A stretch of DNA of 59,176 nt, counting the filler. It is 7 parts of 7 records of this genome, joined end to end, with 100 filler letters (N's around TTAATTAATTAA, not from the genome) between each part and the next. Parts side by side here need not be neighbours in the genome. Positions count along the whole stretch, not along the records: positions 1 to 6,491 come from SRR31156797_11279; positions 6,592 to 19,905 come from SRR31156797_11290; 5 more parts are not named here. One strand, written 5' to 3'. The notes under the pieces are model-generated. The model was not told the DNA's origin, did no database searches, and worked only from the letters and a program-made list of their open reading frames with translations. A program made the position numbers and the translations under genes. Shown piece after piece: positions 1 through 10,224 of this stretch (position 1 is its first letter; every line of letters begins with the position of its first letter).

Positions 1-815
1 AGTGACATTCCTTGCATTAAATGTTTCTGAGCTATTAAGAATATTATTGTAACTGGTATAGCTGAAATAAGTGCTGCAGCCATCAAGTTCCCCGGCTCTA
101 ACCCATAAGTTCCTTGAATAATTCTAAGTCCAGCTGTTATTGTCATTGTATCGTTACTCTGCATTACAATTGTTGGCCAAAAGAAATCATTCCATGACCC
201 CAAGAAACATAGTAAACCTACTACTGATAATACAGGTTTCATTAATGGTACAATTATTCTCGAGTATATATAGAAATCATTTGCTCCATCTATTCTTGCA
301 GCTTCATCAAGATCTATCGGGATACTTTTGATGAAGTTATACATTATTAATACTGAAAATACACTTCCAACTCCCGGTACTATAAGGGCTAATTTGTTGT
401 CAACCCATCCGAAAGTATCAATAATTTTGAACGCAGGAATTAGATTAGCAATTCCAGGTATCATCATTGAACCTAATAAAATAGCAAGTAATGGTTTTTT
501 TCCTCTGAATTTTAAACGACCATAACCAAATGCAGCTAATGATCCTATAAATAACACACATATTACATGTAAAATTGATACTATCAATGAATTAAGCGCC
601 CATCTAACTACAGGTGCCTGTTCATTTGTTAAAACTGCTTTAAATGAATCTAAAGTAAAACCTGTTTTAGGGATAAATCTATATCCTCTTGCTAATATTT
701 CCGTATTATTTTTAAATGAAGATAGGATTACCCAGATTAGAGGAACCATCCAAAGTGCACATATTATCATCATGAATGCATATGCTGCTTTCGTCATAAT
801 AGTTGTACCTTTCAT
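1..815 (-). CDS. Carbohydrate ABC transporter permease (MalG-type), 3' end runs off the window
   Basis: Not in the ORF track; translated by hand: MKGTTIMTKAAYAF...IPIDLDEAARIDGA...FLGSWNDFFWP. EAA loop present; its ATG overlaps the upstream stop (TAATG at 817-813). Confidence 0.92.
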   Translation of the reverse strand, partial: MKGTTIMTKAAYAFMMIICALWMVPLIWVILSSFKNNTEILARGYRFIPKTGFTLDSFKAVLTNEQAPVVRWALNSLIVSILHVICVLFIGSLAAFGYGRLKFRGKKPLLAILLGSMMIPGIANLIPAFKIIDTFGWVDNKLALIVPGVGSVFSVLIMYNFIKSIPIDLDEAARIDGANDFYIYSRIIVPLMKPVLSVVGLLCFLGSWNDFFWPTIVMQSNDTMTITAGLRIIQGTYGLEPGNLMAAALISAIPVTIIFLIAQKHLMQGMS

Positions 816-1768
816 TATTTATCCCCCCTATAAAATATTTTACTTACTAAAACACTACTTATTATTATTATTACACCTAACACAACTGCCATTGTTGATG
901 CTATTCCTGCCTGTGATACTCCTGAACCAAAAGCTAATTCTCTTATATACATTAAGATAGTTTTATTTGTTTCCCCTGGTCCACCATTATTAAACATCCA
1001 CGTTTGACCGAAAACATTATATCCACCTATAATTGTAAAGATTAATGTAACCCCTATTTGAGGTTTGATTAATGGTAAAGTTATATATCTAAATTGATCA
1101 AATTTGTTTGCACCGTCTATCTCTGCTGCTTCGTAGAACTCTTCAGATATATCTGCCATTCCTGCTAGATATATAATCATGTTTCCTCCTACAAGCCACC
1201 ATATTGTTAAAACATTTATTGCTATCCATGCGAAAGGCTGACTTCCTGCCCAGTTTATTGTTTTACCTATAACATTGTTTATAATTCCTACGTCTGTTCT
1301 GAATAACCAGCTCCATGTTACTACTACTGTAGAAACTGATAATAGAGAAGGAAAATATAGCATTGCCTGCATAAACCTCTTGCCAGGGGGATTTTCGTTT
1401 AAAATCCCCGCAAAAGCAAGTGGTACAAATATTCCAAAAGGCACTGATACAATTACGTATATTAGTGTGTTTTTCATACCATTCATGAAATAGTTGTAAT
1501 ATGTATGACCGTGATTAAATAACAATAGTTTATAGTTGGCTAAACCAATGAAGTGTGGGGTACCATATAAGTCCCAACTTGTAAAACTAATATAAACTGT
1601 AAATAGAGTCGGTATCGCAATAAATATTAAAAACAACATATAATGTGGGAGAATGAAGAAATGTCCTGAACTAATTAATTTTGATTTCTTTTTTTTCTTC
1701 TTTTTTTCTTTTGGTGAAGACTTTGAAAGTTCTCCGTTTACCGCCTCACACTTATTGATTTTTTCCAT
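815..1768 (-). CDS. Carbohydrate ABC transporter permease (MalF-type)
   Basis: EAA motif FYEAAEIDGA, multiple transmembrane segments, lies between the binding protein and the second permease. Confidence 0.93.
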   Translation of the reverse strand: MEKINKCEAVNGELSKSSPKEKKKKKKKSKLISSGHFFILPHYMLFLIFIAIPTLFTVYISFTSWDLYGTPHFIGLANYKLLLFNHGHTYYNYFMNGMKNTLIYVIVSVPFGIFVPLAFAGILNENPPGKRFMQAMLYFPSLLSVSTVVVTWSWLFRTDVGIINNVIGKTINWAGSQPFAWIAINVLTIWWLVGGNMIIYLAGMADISEEFYEAAEIDGANKFDQFRYITLPLIKPQIGVTLIFTIIGGYNVFGQTWMFNNGGPGETNKTILMYIRELAFGSGVSQAGIASTMAVVLGVIIIISSVLVSKIFYRGDK

Positions 1769-1783
1769 TTATATCACTCCTAA

Positions 1784-3094
1784 CTATTTTCTTGTTTCTA
1801 ACATTTCCAACTGATCATTAACTTCTTTTTCAACTGTTGCTAACGCTTCTTCGATTGTTGCATATGTTCCGTTTAAATATCCAGTAGCTGCTTTTCCTAA
1901 TCCACCCCAACCCGCTAAAGCAAAGTTTTCTGTTTTAGTAGCGTAGAAGAAACTATCTGCTGCATATTCTTTAATGAAAGCAAATGGCATATCATTAAAT
2001 ACTTCTGAATCCCAAGTTGTTTTGTTTGCTGGAACTTGTCCTGCTGCTGCAAAATCTCCACTTTCATCAGACAAATATTTCATGAATTTTAAAGTTGCTG
2101 ATTGTTTCTCATCAGAGTTTCCATCTTTTTTAACAACAGTTAAGTTATGAGAACCTGTGTACATTTTGTTTTCTTTTCCGATTCTTGGAATTGGAGCTAA
2201 TCTGATATCTACACCAGAATCTTCTTTTAAAGCTTTGAAAGATGTAGTTGCCCAGATTCCGTCCCATTTGAATAAACAAGTTCCTTCTTGGAATGGAATA
2301 ACACCATCAATTGCAGGATCGTTTGATAATCCTTCATCTATCGCTCTTACATATTGTTTAAATGCTTCTACAAACTCGGGTCTTTGGAAATTAACTTTAT
2401 ATTCATTATCTTCATCAATAACATCAAAACCTTTTTGTTTGATGAATCCCATTAGAACTTCCGGCCATGGCCAAGCATCAAATACTGCCATTCCTGTATA
2501 TCCTTTTTCTGTAGCTTTTTTACTCATTTCAATTACTAAATCCATTGTAGGATCTTTTAAATTATCAGGTGTATATCCGATTTCTGTTAAGATATCATAG
2601 TTGTAGAATAAGAAGAATGGATACGAATCAAAAGGAATCGCATAGTTTTTTCCATCAACCACAGTTGCAGTCCAAGCATCTGTAATATAATCTTCTCCTT
2701 TTATGCCATATTCTCTTAATAAATATGTTAAATCTAAAAGAGTACCATTTGCTGCATATTGAGGTATTCTTGTGTTATCCATTAAAATAACATCAGGTTT
2801 ATTTTTTTCTTTATTTCCTGCTGCTGCAAGTTTTGAATAAAGGTCATCATTTGGTATAATTTGTTGTTTTACACTAACTTCTCCTGCATATTTTTCATTA
2901 AATGCATCAACTAACTTTGTCATATAAGGTCCATCAGGTCCTGTTAACGCATTCCAATATTCAATTACAATTTCTCCAGATTCATTTTTTTCTTTATTCT
3001 TCTTTTTACCAAATCCAAATAGAGCAAATGATTCTGTACTAAGAGTTACTAAAAGTAACGCCATTAATAATGTTGCCAAATAACCTTTTTTCAT
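1784..3094 (-). CDS. Carbohydrate ABC transporter solute-binding protein (family 1)
   Basis: Signal peptide, WNALTGPDG and YAIPFD..LFYN motifs, AGGAGG RBS. Confidence 0.92.
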   Translation of the reverse strand: MKKGYLATLLMALLLVTLSTESFALFGFGKKKNKEKNESGEIVIEYWNALTGPDGPYMTKLVDAFNEKYAGEVSVKQQIIPNDDLYSKLAAAGNKEKNKPDVILMDNTRIPQYAANGTLLDLTYLLREYGIKGEDYITDAWTATVVDGKNYAIPFDSYPFFLFYNYDILTEIGYTPDNLKDPTMDLVIEMSKKATEKGYTGMAVFDAWPWPEVLMGFIKQKGFDVIDEDNEYKVNFQRPEFVEAFKQYVRAIDEGLSNDPAIDGVIPFQEGTCLFKWDGIWATTSFKALKEDSGVDIRLAPIPRIGKENKMYTGSHNLTVVKKDGNSDEKQSATLKFMKYLSDESGDFAAAGQVPANKTTWDSEVFNDMPFAFIKEYAADSFFYATKTENFALAGWGGLGKAATGYLNGTYATIEEALATVEKEVNDQLEMLETRK

Positions 3095-3392
3095 AATTTT
3101 TCCTCCTGTTTTTTAAATAAAACAACTAAAATTATTTTTCATTGATACTTCTCTTGATTTTTTTAATTTTTTATAAAATAATATTTAAACCAAATAAAAT
3201 CAAGGATTTAATGATTTTTTAGTTGTGTTTTAACACATGATCAAAAGTTTATTTAAAGAATAGTTACTATATATTATTCTCTGATAACATTAAGTTTCAT
3301 AATTTTTCTCAATCTTTTTTTAACAAGATTGGTTTTTTTACGACTCATATGTTTAATTTCAGAAAATTAAGTACCCTTTTCTTCCTGAGACA

Positions 3393-3421
3393 ATTATATA
3401 ACAACACAACATCATTGTCAA
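3393..3421 (-). promoter_or_regulatory. Sigma70 promoter for the ABC operon
   Basis: Minus strand reads TTGACA (3421-3416), 17 nt, TATAAT (3398-3393): exact consensus. Confidence 0.75.
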
Positions 3422-3696
3422 TAGAAAAACTAAATCATTTTAAGTTTTTATAAAATAATATCTCTGTTACTTTTATTTTTTTGCTTTTTTCCCTATATTT
3501 TATTAGGATTTTAACAGACTGACCTTCGGTTTAATTTCTTATACCCCCCCATTCTCACCACCTTTTAACTCAACCGCTATAGAAATTTTACTCTTTTTTA
3601 CTCTTTTTTTCAACTTTTTCTAGGTTTTTTTGGCTTTTAACCACTTAAGAACACATAATCACTATAAACTATTTTAGGTTTTTTTAAAATATTATA

Positions 3697-3725
3697 TTGA
3701 CATCTAAACTCAAAAATAGTATAAC
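3697..3725 (+). promoter_or_regulatory. Sigma70 promoter facing the porin gene
   Basis: TTGACA (3697-3702), 17 nt, TATAAC (3720-3725). Confidence 0.6.
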
Positions 3726-4203
3726 ATTATCGTTGAACGTATTTTTTCTAAACATAAAAGCTAAAATTTGAACGAATAATTTATTCTCGCTTCATTTTAT
3801 TTTAAATATTTATCAAATAAATTTATTTAGACTATTTGAAATATATTGGATTTTAATTATGTAATTGAAAAAATACATTCAATATAATAAAACCTGAAAA
3901 GAAATTCTAATATTGACTCAGATTTAATTTAATTAATTACCTCTTTTAGTCAAGTTTATTTTAAAAAAGTCTTTATTAGAATTTTCTTTTTAAAGTTTTT
4001 ACCATTAATTATTTTACTAACTATACTAATTTATAAATCTATAAAGAAACCTGTTTATTCTAATTATTTTAATATATACAAAAATAAATTTATTTTATAT
4101 ATTATTTTTTAAAAATCATTTATATTATTAATATAAAATAGGTTTAGATTTAATTAAAGGAGTACGTTTATTAAATTTCTTATAAAATCACAAGGAGGAT
4201 ATT

Positions 4204-5052
4204 ATGAAAAAAAAGGTATTATTTTTAGCAGCACTATTTGCTGTGTCAACTGGGGCAATGGCTGCAAACGTAAACGGACATATTGGATCAAAAATTGAAG
4301 TAGTGGACCAAAGCAACGATGATGATTGGGAATATCAGGAAGTGCACTGGATTACACATGGACATGTAAAACCCGAAAATTGGAAAAACTTTGAATTAGC
4401 ATATGCTTTTAGAAAAGATAATTCTGACGAAGAAGAGTTTGATCATGCAGGATATACAAATTTTGAATTTATTCCTAAATACAACACTGGAACTTCATGG
4501 GGAAGCATCGGAGGTCAAGTTAACTTCTTACAAGAAAGATTCTGGACTCCATCTACAAGTGGTACAGGGGCAGATTCAATCAAACCTGAACTTTGGGGAA
4601 CTTATAACTTAACAGATTATTCTCATATTTTCGCCAGAGGTATGTACGAAAGCAGACAAACTACCGGTGTAGAAGATACTGAAGGATATGCCGAAGTAGA
4701 AGTTCAATACAGACACGATATCTTCGGTGGAACAGCTATGGGGGGTGCTTTTTATGCACCGGGTGTAGATGAAACAGATAGTCAAGAGGCCAGATTACTT
4801 GGTAATTTCGCAAAATGGTGGCCAAGCTTAAACATCTTTACTGTAACTTATGCTGATATCAGAGAGGTCACTTTAGAAAGCGGAGATAAAATCAATTCAT
4901 ATAAAGCTTCTTTATATGCAAATACACCTATTAAATTTATTGATGGTTTAGTTTTAGAAGGTGAAATAAACAGATTTGCGGAAATCGAAAATGAAGCTGG
5001 TGCTTTATTCGCTGAAAACTTCATGATGGTTGGTGTAACATATAACTTCTAA
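4204..5052 (+). CDS. Outer-membrane porin, OmpG/KdgM-like monomeric beta-barrel
   Basis: Signal peptide ending AMA, alternating amphipathic strands, C-terminal VGVTYNF BamA signal, AGGAGG RBS. Confidence 0.75.
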   Translation: MKKKVLFLAALFAVSTGAMAANVNGHIGSKIEVVDQSNDDDWEYQEVHWITHGHVKPENWKNFELAYAFRKDNSDEEEFDHAGYTNFEFIPKYNTGTSWGSIGGQVNFLQERFWTPSTSGTGADSIKPELWGTYNLTDYSHIFARGMYESRQTTGVEDTEGYAEVEVQYRHDIFGGTAMGGAFYAPGVDETDSQEARLLGNFAKWWPSLNIFTVTYADIREVTLESGDKINSYKASLYANTPIKFIDGLVLEGEINRFAEIENEAGALFAENFMMVGVTYNF

Positions 5053-5101
5053 TTTTTTAACAGTTAACAATAAATAGTAGTAAAATTTCATGTGAATATA
5101 C

Positions 5102-5147
5102 GGAAATACTTTCTAAACTTAAATTTATCCTCTTAGAAAGTATTTCC
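5102..5147 (+). terminator. Perfect 15-bp stem-loop after the porin gene (terminator or mRNA stabiliser)
   Basis: GGAAATACTTTCTAA, 16-nt loop, TTAGAAAGTATTTCC; no clean U-tract. Confidence 0.55.
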
Positions 5148-5197
5148 TAAATTTCATTTTTAAATGTATCTAATCATTTTTTGAAGAGGTGTTATAT

Positions 5198-6491
5198 ATG
5201 AGAAAATCCTTTAAAAGTTTTAAATTATCTAAAAACATTAAGTTTCTGGACAATCTTAAAATATCAACTAAAATACTTATTTTCGGACTAAACGGAGTTT
5301 TAATCATAGCCATTTTAACGGCATTATTATTAATACAATTATTCTATATGAAAAAAGATATTAACAATTTATATCAAAACAGAGTGGTTTCCATGAAAAG
5401 ACTGAAAAGTCTATCGGATATGTACTCTTCCAACATAGTAAATAACTCAAATAGAGTCAATAATAAAATTATTCCTTGGAATGTAGGGATCAGTAATCTT
5501 GAAAAAGCAAAAAAAGAGATAGATGAAAACATTGAACTGTATGAAAGCTCTATTACACTTCCAATTGAGCAGGAAGTTTTTCAGGAATTCCTTGATGCAA
5601 AAGTCGGTGCTGATACAGTTTATGATAATCTACTGGCAACCATGAAAAAAAAAGAGAGAGACAGATTAAGCAAGCTTGTTTCCAGTTCAATGTATCAAAG
5701 AGTTGAACGAGTTACAAATAAAATTGATAGATTAATGGATATGCAGATTGAAGTTGCAGAGGAGATTTATGATAAAAATATCGAAAGATATGCTTCTGCC
5801 ATAGTATTAGCTGTTTTTGCAATTACTGCTTTTATAGTTATTGAAATTATTTTTGCAATATTATTAGTTAAAAACATCAAAAAATCTTTAAGATCATTTA
5901 GTGATTTATTCTCTAAAATGTCAAATGGTAATTTAAAGGAAAATTATGTACTAAGTAATACTAAATCTAAGAAGAAAAATGAACTGGATGAATTAGGTGA
6001 AAGTTACAACAGATTATTAAACAATTTAAGAAGAATCATAAACGAAATAACTCTTGATAGTCAAAAAACATCCTCTTCAGCATTAGAGCTTTCCAGTGGA
6101 ATGAATGTTATAAATAAAGCAATAAATATACAAAATGAAGATATGTTGGGATTACAAAATCAAGTTTTAACTCTTGAAGATAAAATGACTATTGTTTTAA
6201 ACAATATTAGTGATCAGACTAATTCGATTTCGGAAACATCAAGCGGAATTGAAAATATATATGAAGCAATACAAAGTGTATTGGAAAGCACACAAAATAC
6301 AATTCAGCTATCTAAAGAAACCGGGGTTGCTGCCTCAAAAGGAAGCGAGGCTTCTGTTAAATCGTATGAAAAAATTAAAAATCTGGAACAAACAATTACA
6401 AATATAGAGGAAGTTACTACTTCTATTGATAAAATTTCAGAACAAACAAATTTATTAGCTCTAAATGCTGCTATTGAAGCTGCAAGAGCAG
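5198..6491 (+). CDS. Methyl-accepting chemotaxis protein (4HB sensor, HAMP, signalling domain), truncated by the contig end
   Basis: Two TM helices flanking a helical periplasmic domain, HAMP (NELDELGESYN), ISEQTNLLALNAAIEAARA signature. ATG 5198 preferred over GTG 5189 on RBS spacing. Confidence 0.93.
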
Positions 6492-6591
6492 NNNNNNNNN
6501 NNNNNNNNNNNNNNNNNNNNNNNNNNNNNNNNNNNTTAATTAATTAANNNNNNNNNNNNNNNNNNNNNNNNNNNNNNNNNNNNNNNNNNNN
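6492..6591. other. Artificial contig spacer
   Basis: N run with TTAATTAATTAA linker. Confidence 0.98.
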
Positions 6592-6601
6592 GAGGAATAA
6601 A

Positions 6602-7279
6602 TTGAGACTTTTAAAATATTTAATTAATTGCGGATTAGGAAGCAGAAAAGTTATAACTAATAAAGTAAGATCAGGTGAAGTAAGCGTCAACGGAGAGACT
6701 GTCTATGATGAAAGAATGGATATCTATGACGGTGATGTAATATTACATCTGGGAAATAGATTAGGGGAGAAAAAACTAAAATATTATGTACTTCATAAAA
6801 CTATGGGTTATATAACTGCTATGAAAGATGAAAACAGGGCAACTGTTGTTGAGCTACTACCCGATTGGTTTGATAAGGATTCTTTTTTCCCTATAGGCAG
6901 GCTGGACAAAGATACTGAGGGAGTTTTAATATTTACTAATGATGGTGACCTTAGTCAAAAAATGAGTCATCCGGAAAGCAAAGTTGAGAAAAAATACTAT
7001 GTTAAATTAAAACATGATATTGAAGAGATATCTCTTGAAAAGTTGAGAAACGGCGTTGATATTCAAGATCATAAATGCCTACCTGCCAAAGTTGAAAAAA
7101 TTGACGATAAATCGATAATGCTGACTATAGTAGAGGGAAAATTTCATCAGGTGAAAAGAATGCTTAGAGCTGTAAGTAATGAAGTAACTTATCTACAAAG
7201 AGTTGAATTTGGAAAAGTAAAATTAGCTCAATTGAAGAAAGGTGAACTAAAAGAGATTACTTTAGAAGAGTTAATATAG
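6602..7279 (+). CDS. rsuA: RsuA-family rRNA pseudouridine synthase
   Basis: N-terminal S4 domain, GRLDKDTEG catalytic motif, EGKFHQVKRM. Confidence 0.88.
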   Translation: MRLLKYLINCGLGSRKVITNKVRSGEVSVNGETVYDERMDIYDGDVILHLGNRLGEKKLKYYVLHKTMGYITAMKDENRATVVELLPDWFDKDSFFPIGRLDKDTEGVLIFTNDGDLSQKMSHPESKVEKKYYVKLKHDIEEISLEKLRNGVDIQDHKCLPAKVEKIDDKSIMLTIVEGKFHQVKRMLRAVSNEVTYLQRVEFGKVKLAQLKKGELKEITLEELI

Positions 7280-7280
7280 C

Positions 7281-7308
7281 AAAAGGGCAGACTCAAAATC
7301 TGCCCTAA
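7281..7308. terminator. Intrinsic terminator between convergent genes
   Basis: AGGGCAGA-ctcaaaa-TCTGCCCT hairpin with a flanking A run. Confidence 0.7.
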
Positions 7309-7319
7309 ATTTCATTAAT

Positions 7320-8102
7320 CTATTCAGCTACATGAATACTTTCCCTTATTTTTCCTTCTACAATAGATTTAGCTATAAATTTAGGAATCGCGCTAACATT
7401 TTCTCTACTTAAAACTATCTTTTTCTTTTCATTATCATCGAAAATGAGAGTAGAACCTATCTTTAAATTACTAATAAATTCAGCTAGCTGTCTTATAGAA
7501 GATTTATCTATATTTATTGATTTTCCATTAAACATTCCAGTTACATAATTTTTATCCAAAAAAATAGCTTTTTTTAATTTTCTAAAAATTTCAGAGTTGT
7601 CAGTAAATCCACGCTCTTTATAATCAATTATATGAGTCACAATCTCTTCTAATATATTGTAAGACAATACTTCTCTGTTATACATATTAATCAAAATTTT
7701 AGGTCTGATTCCTTCATAATCAATTTTATAAATTTTCACTGAAGAAGAACTGGCTACATCAATATCAAAATATAATGTTTTTTCACTAGATCCCGGATAG
7801 ATGTAAGCAAAAATTCCATTTAAAGTATCATATATTCGCTTAAGATCGGTTGTTGATAATTTGTCTTCTTTTGTTATTTTTAGCGATGGCTTTGAAATAA
7901 ACAGATCAGCAATAATTTTTTCAATTATTTTTTTATCAAATACTCTCTTTTTACTAACTGAAACTAATATCAACTCATCTAAAACTTTATAATAACCCGG
8001 CATAGTTGTATCCATAAGTAAATCATATTCCAAAATCAAACCTTTGGAAATCATTGTTTCAGACAAATAGTTTTTAAGATCAATAATGTTTGATACTTCC
8101 AT
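7320..8102 (-). CDS. Hypothetical protein (260 aa)
   Basis: Long ORF in AT-rich DNA; GGAGG RBS before ATG at 8102 (MEVSNIIDL); no recognised motif. Confidence 0.7.
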   Translation of the reverse strand: MEVSNIIDLKNYLSETMISKGLILEYDLLMDTTMPGYYKVLDELILVSVSKKRVFDKKIIEKIIADLFISKPSLKITKEDKLSTTDLKRIYDTLNGIFAYIYPGSSEKTLYFDIDVASSSSVKIYKIDYEGIRPKILINMYNREVLSYNILEEIVTHIIDYKERGFTDNSEIFRKLKKAIFLDKNYVTGMFNGKSINIDKSSIRQLAEFISNLKIGSTLIFDDNEKKKIVLSRENVSAIPKFIAKSIVEGKIRESIHVAE

Positions 8103-8264
8103 ATAACAGCCTCCTTTTTCAACTAACTCTAGTATAATATTATTATAATAAACTAATTTATTCAACTATTTTACTAAATTTAATTTTCAATTTTGTTCAG
8201 ATATAGAAATTCTTTACCGTATTAATATACTTCTATCTCTTTATCAATTTTCCTTCTAAAAACC

Positions 8265-8297
8265 AAAAAAAGATCTAAAAAAATCAGATCTTTTTTG
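8265..8297. terminator. Terminator downstream of the dehalogenase operon
   Basis: AAAAAAGATCT...AGATCTTTTTT inverted repeat. Confidence 0.6.
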
Positions 8298-8304
8298 ATA
8301 TAAA

Positions 8305-9276
8305 CTAAAATTTAGTTTGTTCTAACCAATTTATGATATTATCAGCTAATTGCTGTGATTCATCTTCTTGTAAAAAATGAGATGCATTTGTTATAGTGAT
8401 ATGGGGTTGACCACTTGCTCCACTTAAATTTGTTTGAAATTTCTCATCATACCCTTGACCAGCTAAAAACGGATCCTTATCACTGAATAAAGTCAATACA
8501 GGTTTATCCCATCTTTTTAGTTTCTGCCAATCAGCATTAACTTCATCGAGATCAGATGCTACTATTGCAGGCATTTTCCTAGGCCCGGCATAATATTCAG
8601 ACGTTGGAAATGGTGCATCATATGCGCTCATTTCAGCTTGAGTTAACTCTTTAGTTGTAAGTATCTGCATTAACTTTCCTATTTCTAATTTTTCTGATGT
8701 TTTAAAATAACCCGCCCAGTTTCCATAGTTAGTTTTTGCTTCGAATTTTTCAACTGTTGGTTTTCCACTCAGCGTTCTCAGAACTCCTAACATTTTAGGC
8801 ATCATCCATTTCTCAAATCCGCTTACTTCCGCAAGAGCTGTGTTTGCAACTATCAATCTATCAAGCCATTTAGGATTATTAGCTAATACACGTAGTCCAA
8901 TCATTCCGCCCCAATCCTGCATAAATGCAGCTGCATTTTTAATTCCTAATTTATTAACAAAAGTCGACATCCAATCAACATGAGCTGTATATGAGTGATC
9001 ATCTGAGCTCACAGGTTTATCTGATTTCCCAAAACCGATTAAATCAGGCGCTATAACTCTATAACCTTGCTTAACCAATATCGGTATCATGTGTCTATAT
9101 AGATAACTCCATGAAGGCTGCCCGTGGAATAAAAATATAACTTTATTGTTTTTATCCCCTTCATCAAGATAGTGCATGTTTACCCCGCCAACATTCATAT
9201 AATTTGATTTAAACGGATAATCCACAAGATTTGTAAATGAACTTTCCGGTGTTTTTAAAATTTTATTTTTCATCAT
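8305..9276 (-). CDS. Haloalkane dehalogenase (HLD-I type alpha/beta hydrolase)
   Basis: HGQPSWSYLYR, APDLIGFGKSDKP, nucleophile QDWGG, AYDAPFP, acid DKDPFL, base SHFLQE. Confidence 0.85.
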   Translation of the reverse strand: MMKNKILKTPESSFTNLVDYPFKSNYMNVGGVNMHYLDEGDKNNKVIFLFHGQPSWSYLYRHMIPILVKQGYRVIAPDLIGFGKSDKPVSSDDHSYTAHVDWMSTFVNKLGIKNAAAFMQDWGGMIGLRVLANNPKWLDRLIVANTALAEVSGFEKWMMPKMLGVLRTLSGKPTVEKFEAKTNYGNWAGYFKTSEKLEIGKLMQILTTKELTQAEMSAYDAPFPTSEYYAGPRKMPAIVASDLDEVNADWQKLKRWDKPVLTLFSDKDPFLAGQGYDEKFQTNLSGASGQPHITITNASHFLQEDESQQLADNIINWLEQTKF

Positions 9277-9322
9277 CTTCTCCTAATATTATCTTTTATA
9301 TATTAACAATAAAAATTCATAT

Positions 9323-9724
9323 TTAAAACTTAATTTCCTCTATCACTTCACCAACAGCACTGTGCAAACTAGCTACACCGTCATAAATACAAAATGCTTC
9401 AAATTTTGGATTATCAGGTGTTTTGTATGGACCTTTTAATAGTGGCGCAACTTCGAACATTTTTTCTTTTAATTCTAAACTATCTGAAAATCCAACTTTC
9501 CCTCTAATTCTTAGCCACTTCATATCTTTTCCCATTACTGCAAAAGCTGCCGTTTGGTTTTCCTTTAACTCTTTAAAAACCTCTTTATCATTTCCAGTTC
9601 CGAATATAAATTGTCCATCTTTTTCAAATATAAATTGAAATGGTCTCATTTGAATTTGTCCATCTTTAATTGTTGCAAATTGTCCTACTTTATTATTTGA
9701 TAAATATTCTATTACTTTACTCAT
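9323..9724 (-). CDS. Pyridoxamine 5'-phosphate oxidase-like FMN-binding split-barrel protein
   Basis: FATIKDGQIQMRPF, TGNDKEVFKEL and WLRIRGKV patterns. Confidence 0.85.
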   Translation of the reverse strand: MSKVIEYLSNNKVGQFATIKDGQIQMRPFQFIFEKDGQFIFGTGNDKEVFKELKENQTAAFAVMGKDMKWLRIRGKVGFSDSLELKEKMFEVAPLLKGPYKTPDNPKFEAFCIYDGVASLHSAVGEVIEEIKF

Positions 9725-9752
9725 TTGCTATCTCCTTTGAAATTTAATTTTA

Positions 9753-9950
9753 TTATTTGCTATCCCCAAATACTTCTTCAGCTGTCTTTTTACCAATCCC
9801 CAGTGCATTCATAGGTAACTCTGTAATCACAACTGCATTCCCATGTTCAGGCGTTCCTGTTATTTCCATTGATGCCTCTACCATTTTACTAATCAGCTCT
9901 CTTTTTTGTTCAACTGAGATCGGACCTACAGTTACATTTATATATGGCAT
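9753..9950 (-). CDS. 4-oxalocrotonate tautomerase family protein (DmpI-like), copy 2
   Basis: Pro1 after Met, 65 aa, EQKRELI and GIG motifs. Confidence 0.85.
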   Translation of the reverse strand: MPYINVTVGPISVEQKRELISKMVEASMEITGTPEHGNAVVITELPMNALGIGKKTAEEVFGDSK

Positions 9951-9978
9951 AAAATCACTCTCCTTAATTTATAAATTC

Positions 9979-10176
9979 TTATTTATTCTCCTCTATCATT
10001 TCCAATACAGTTTTTGTTCCTACACCAAGTGCATCTATAGGCAATTCATCAATTAAAATCATATGTGCATGTTCCGGCGCTCCCAAAACTTCCATTGAAA
10101 TTTCTGTCATTCTTTTAACATATTCTTTTTTTTGCTCCGTACTTAACGGACTAGTTTTAATATTTATAATTGGCAT
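9979..10176 (-). CDS. 4-oxalocrotonate tautomerase family protein (DmpI-like), copy 1
   Basis: Pro1, 65 aa, STEQKKE and GVG motifs, AGGAGG RBS. Confidence 0.85.
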   Translation of the reverse strand: MPIINIKTSPLSTEQKKEYVKRMTEISMEVLGAPEHAHMILIDELPIDALGVGTKTVLEMIEENK

Positions 10177-10224
10177 TTTTTTCCTCCTATATTTAATTCC
10201 GATTCAATTATATTTAATTTACAA

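Noticed and set aside
140-1493. Short plus-strand ORFs (140-331, 328-525, 772-960, 1275-1493)
   Set aside because: Antisense shadows of the permease genes.
6492-6591. Recurring TTAATTAATTAA motif, here and at five other places, as a biological repeat
   Set aside because: Always centred in a 100-nt N run; an artificial linker. ORF-track tails such as XXXLIN are artefacts.
9753-10176. Calling the tautomerase pair caaD1/caaD2
   Set aside because: The catalytic arginines of CaaD are absent; the sequences look DmpI-like.
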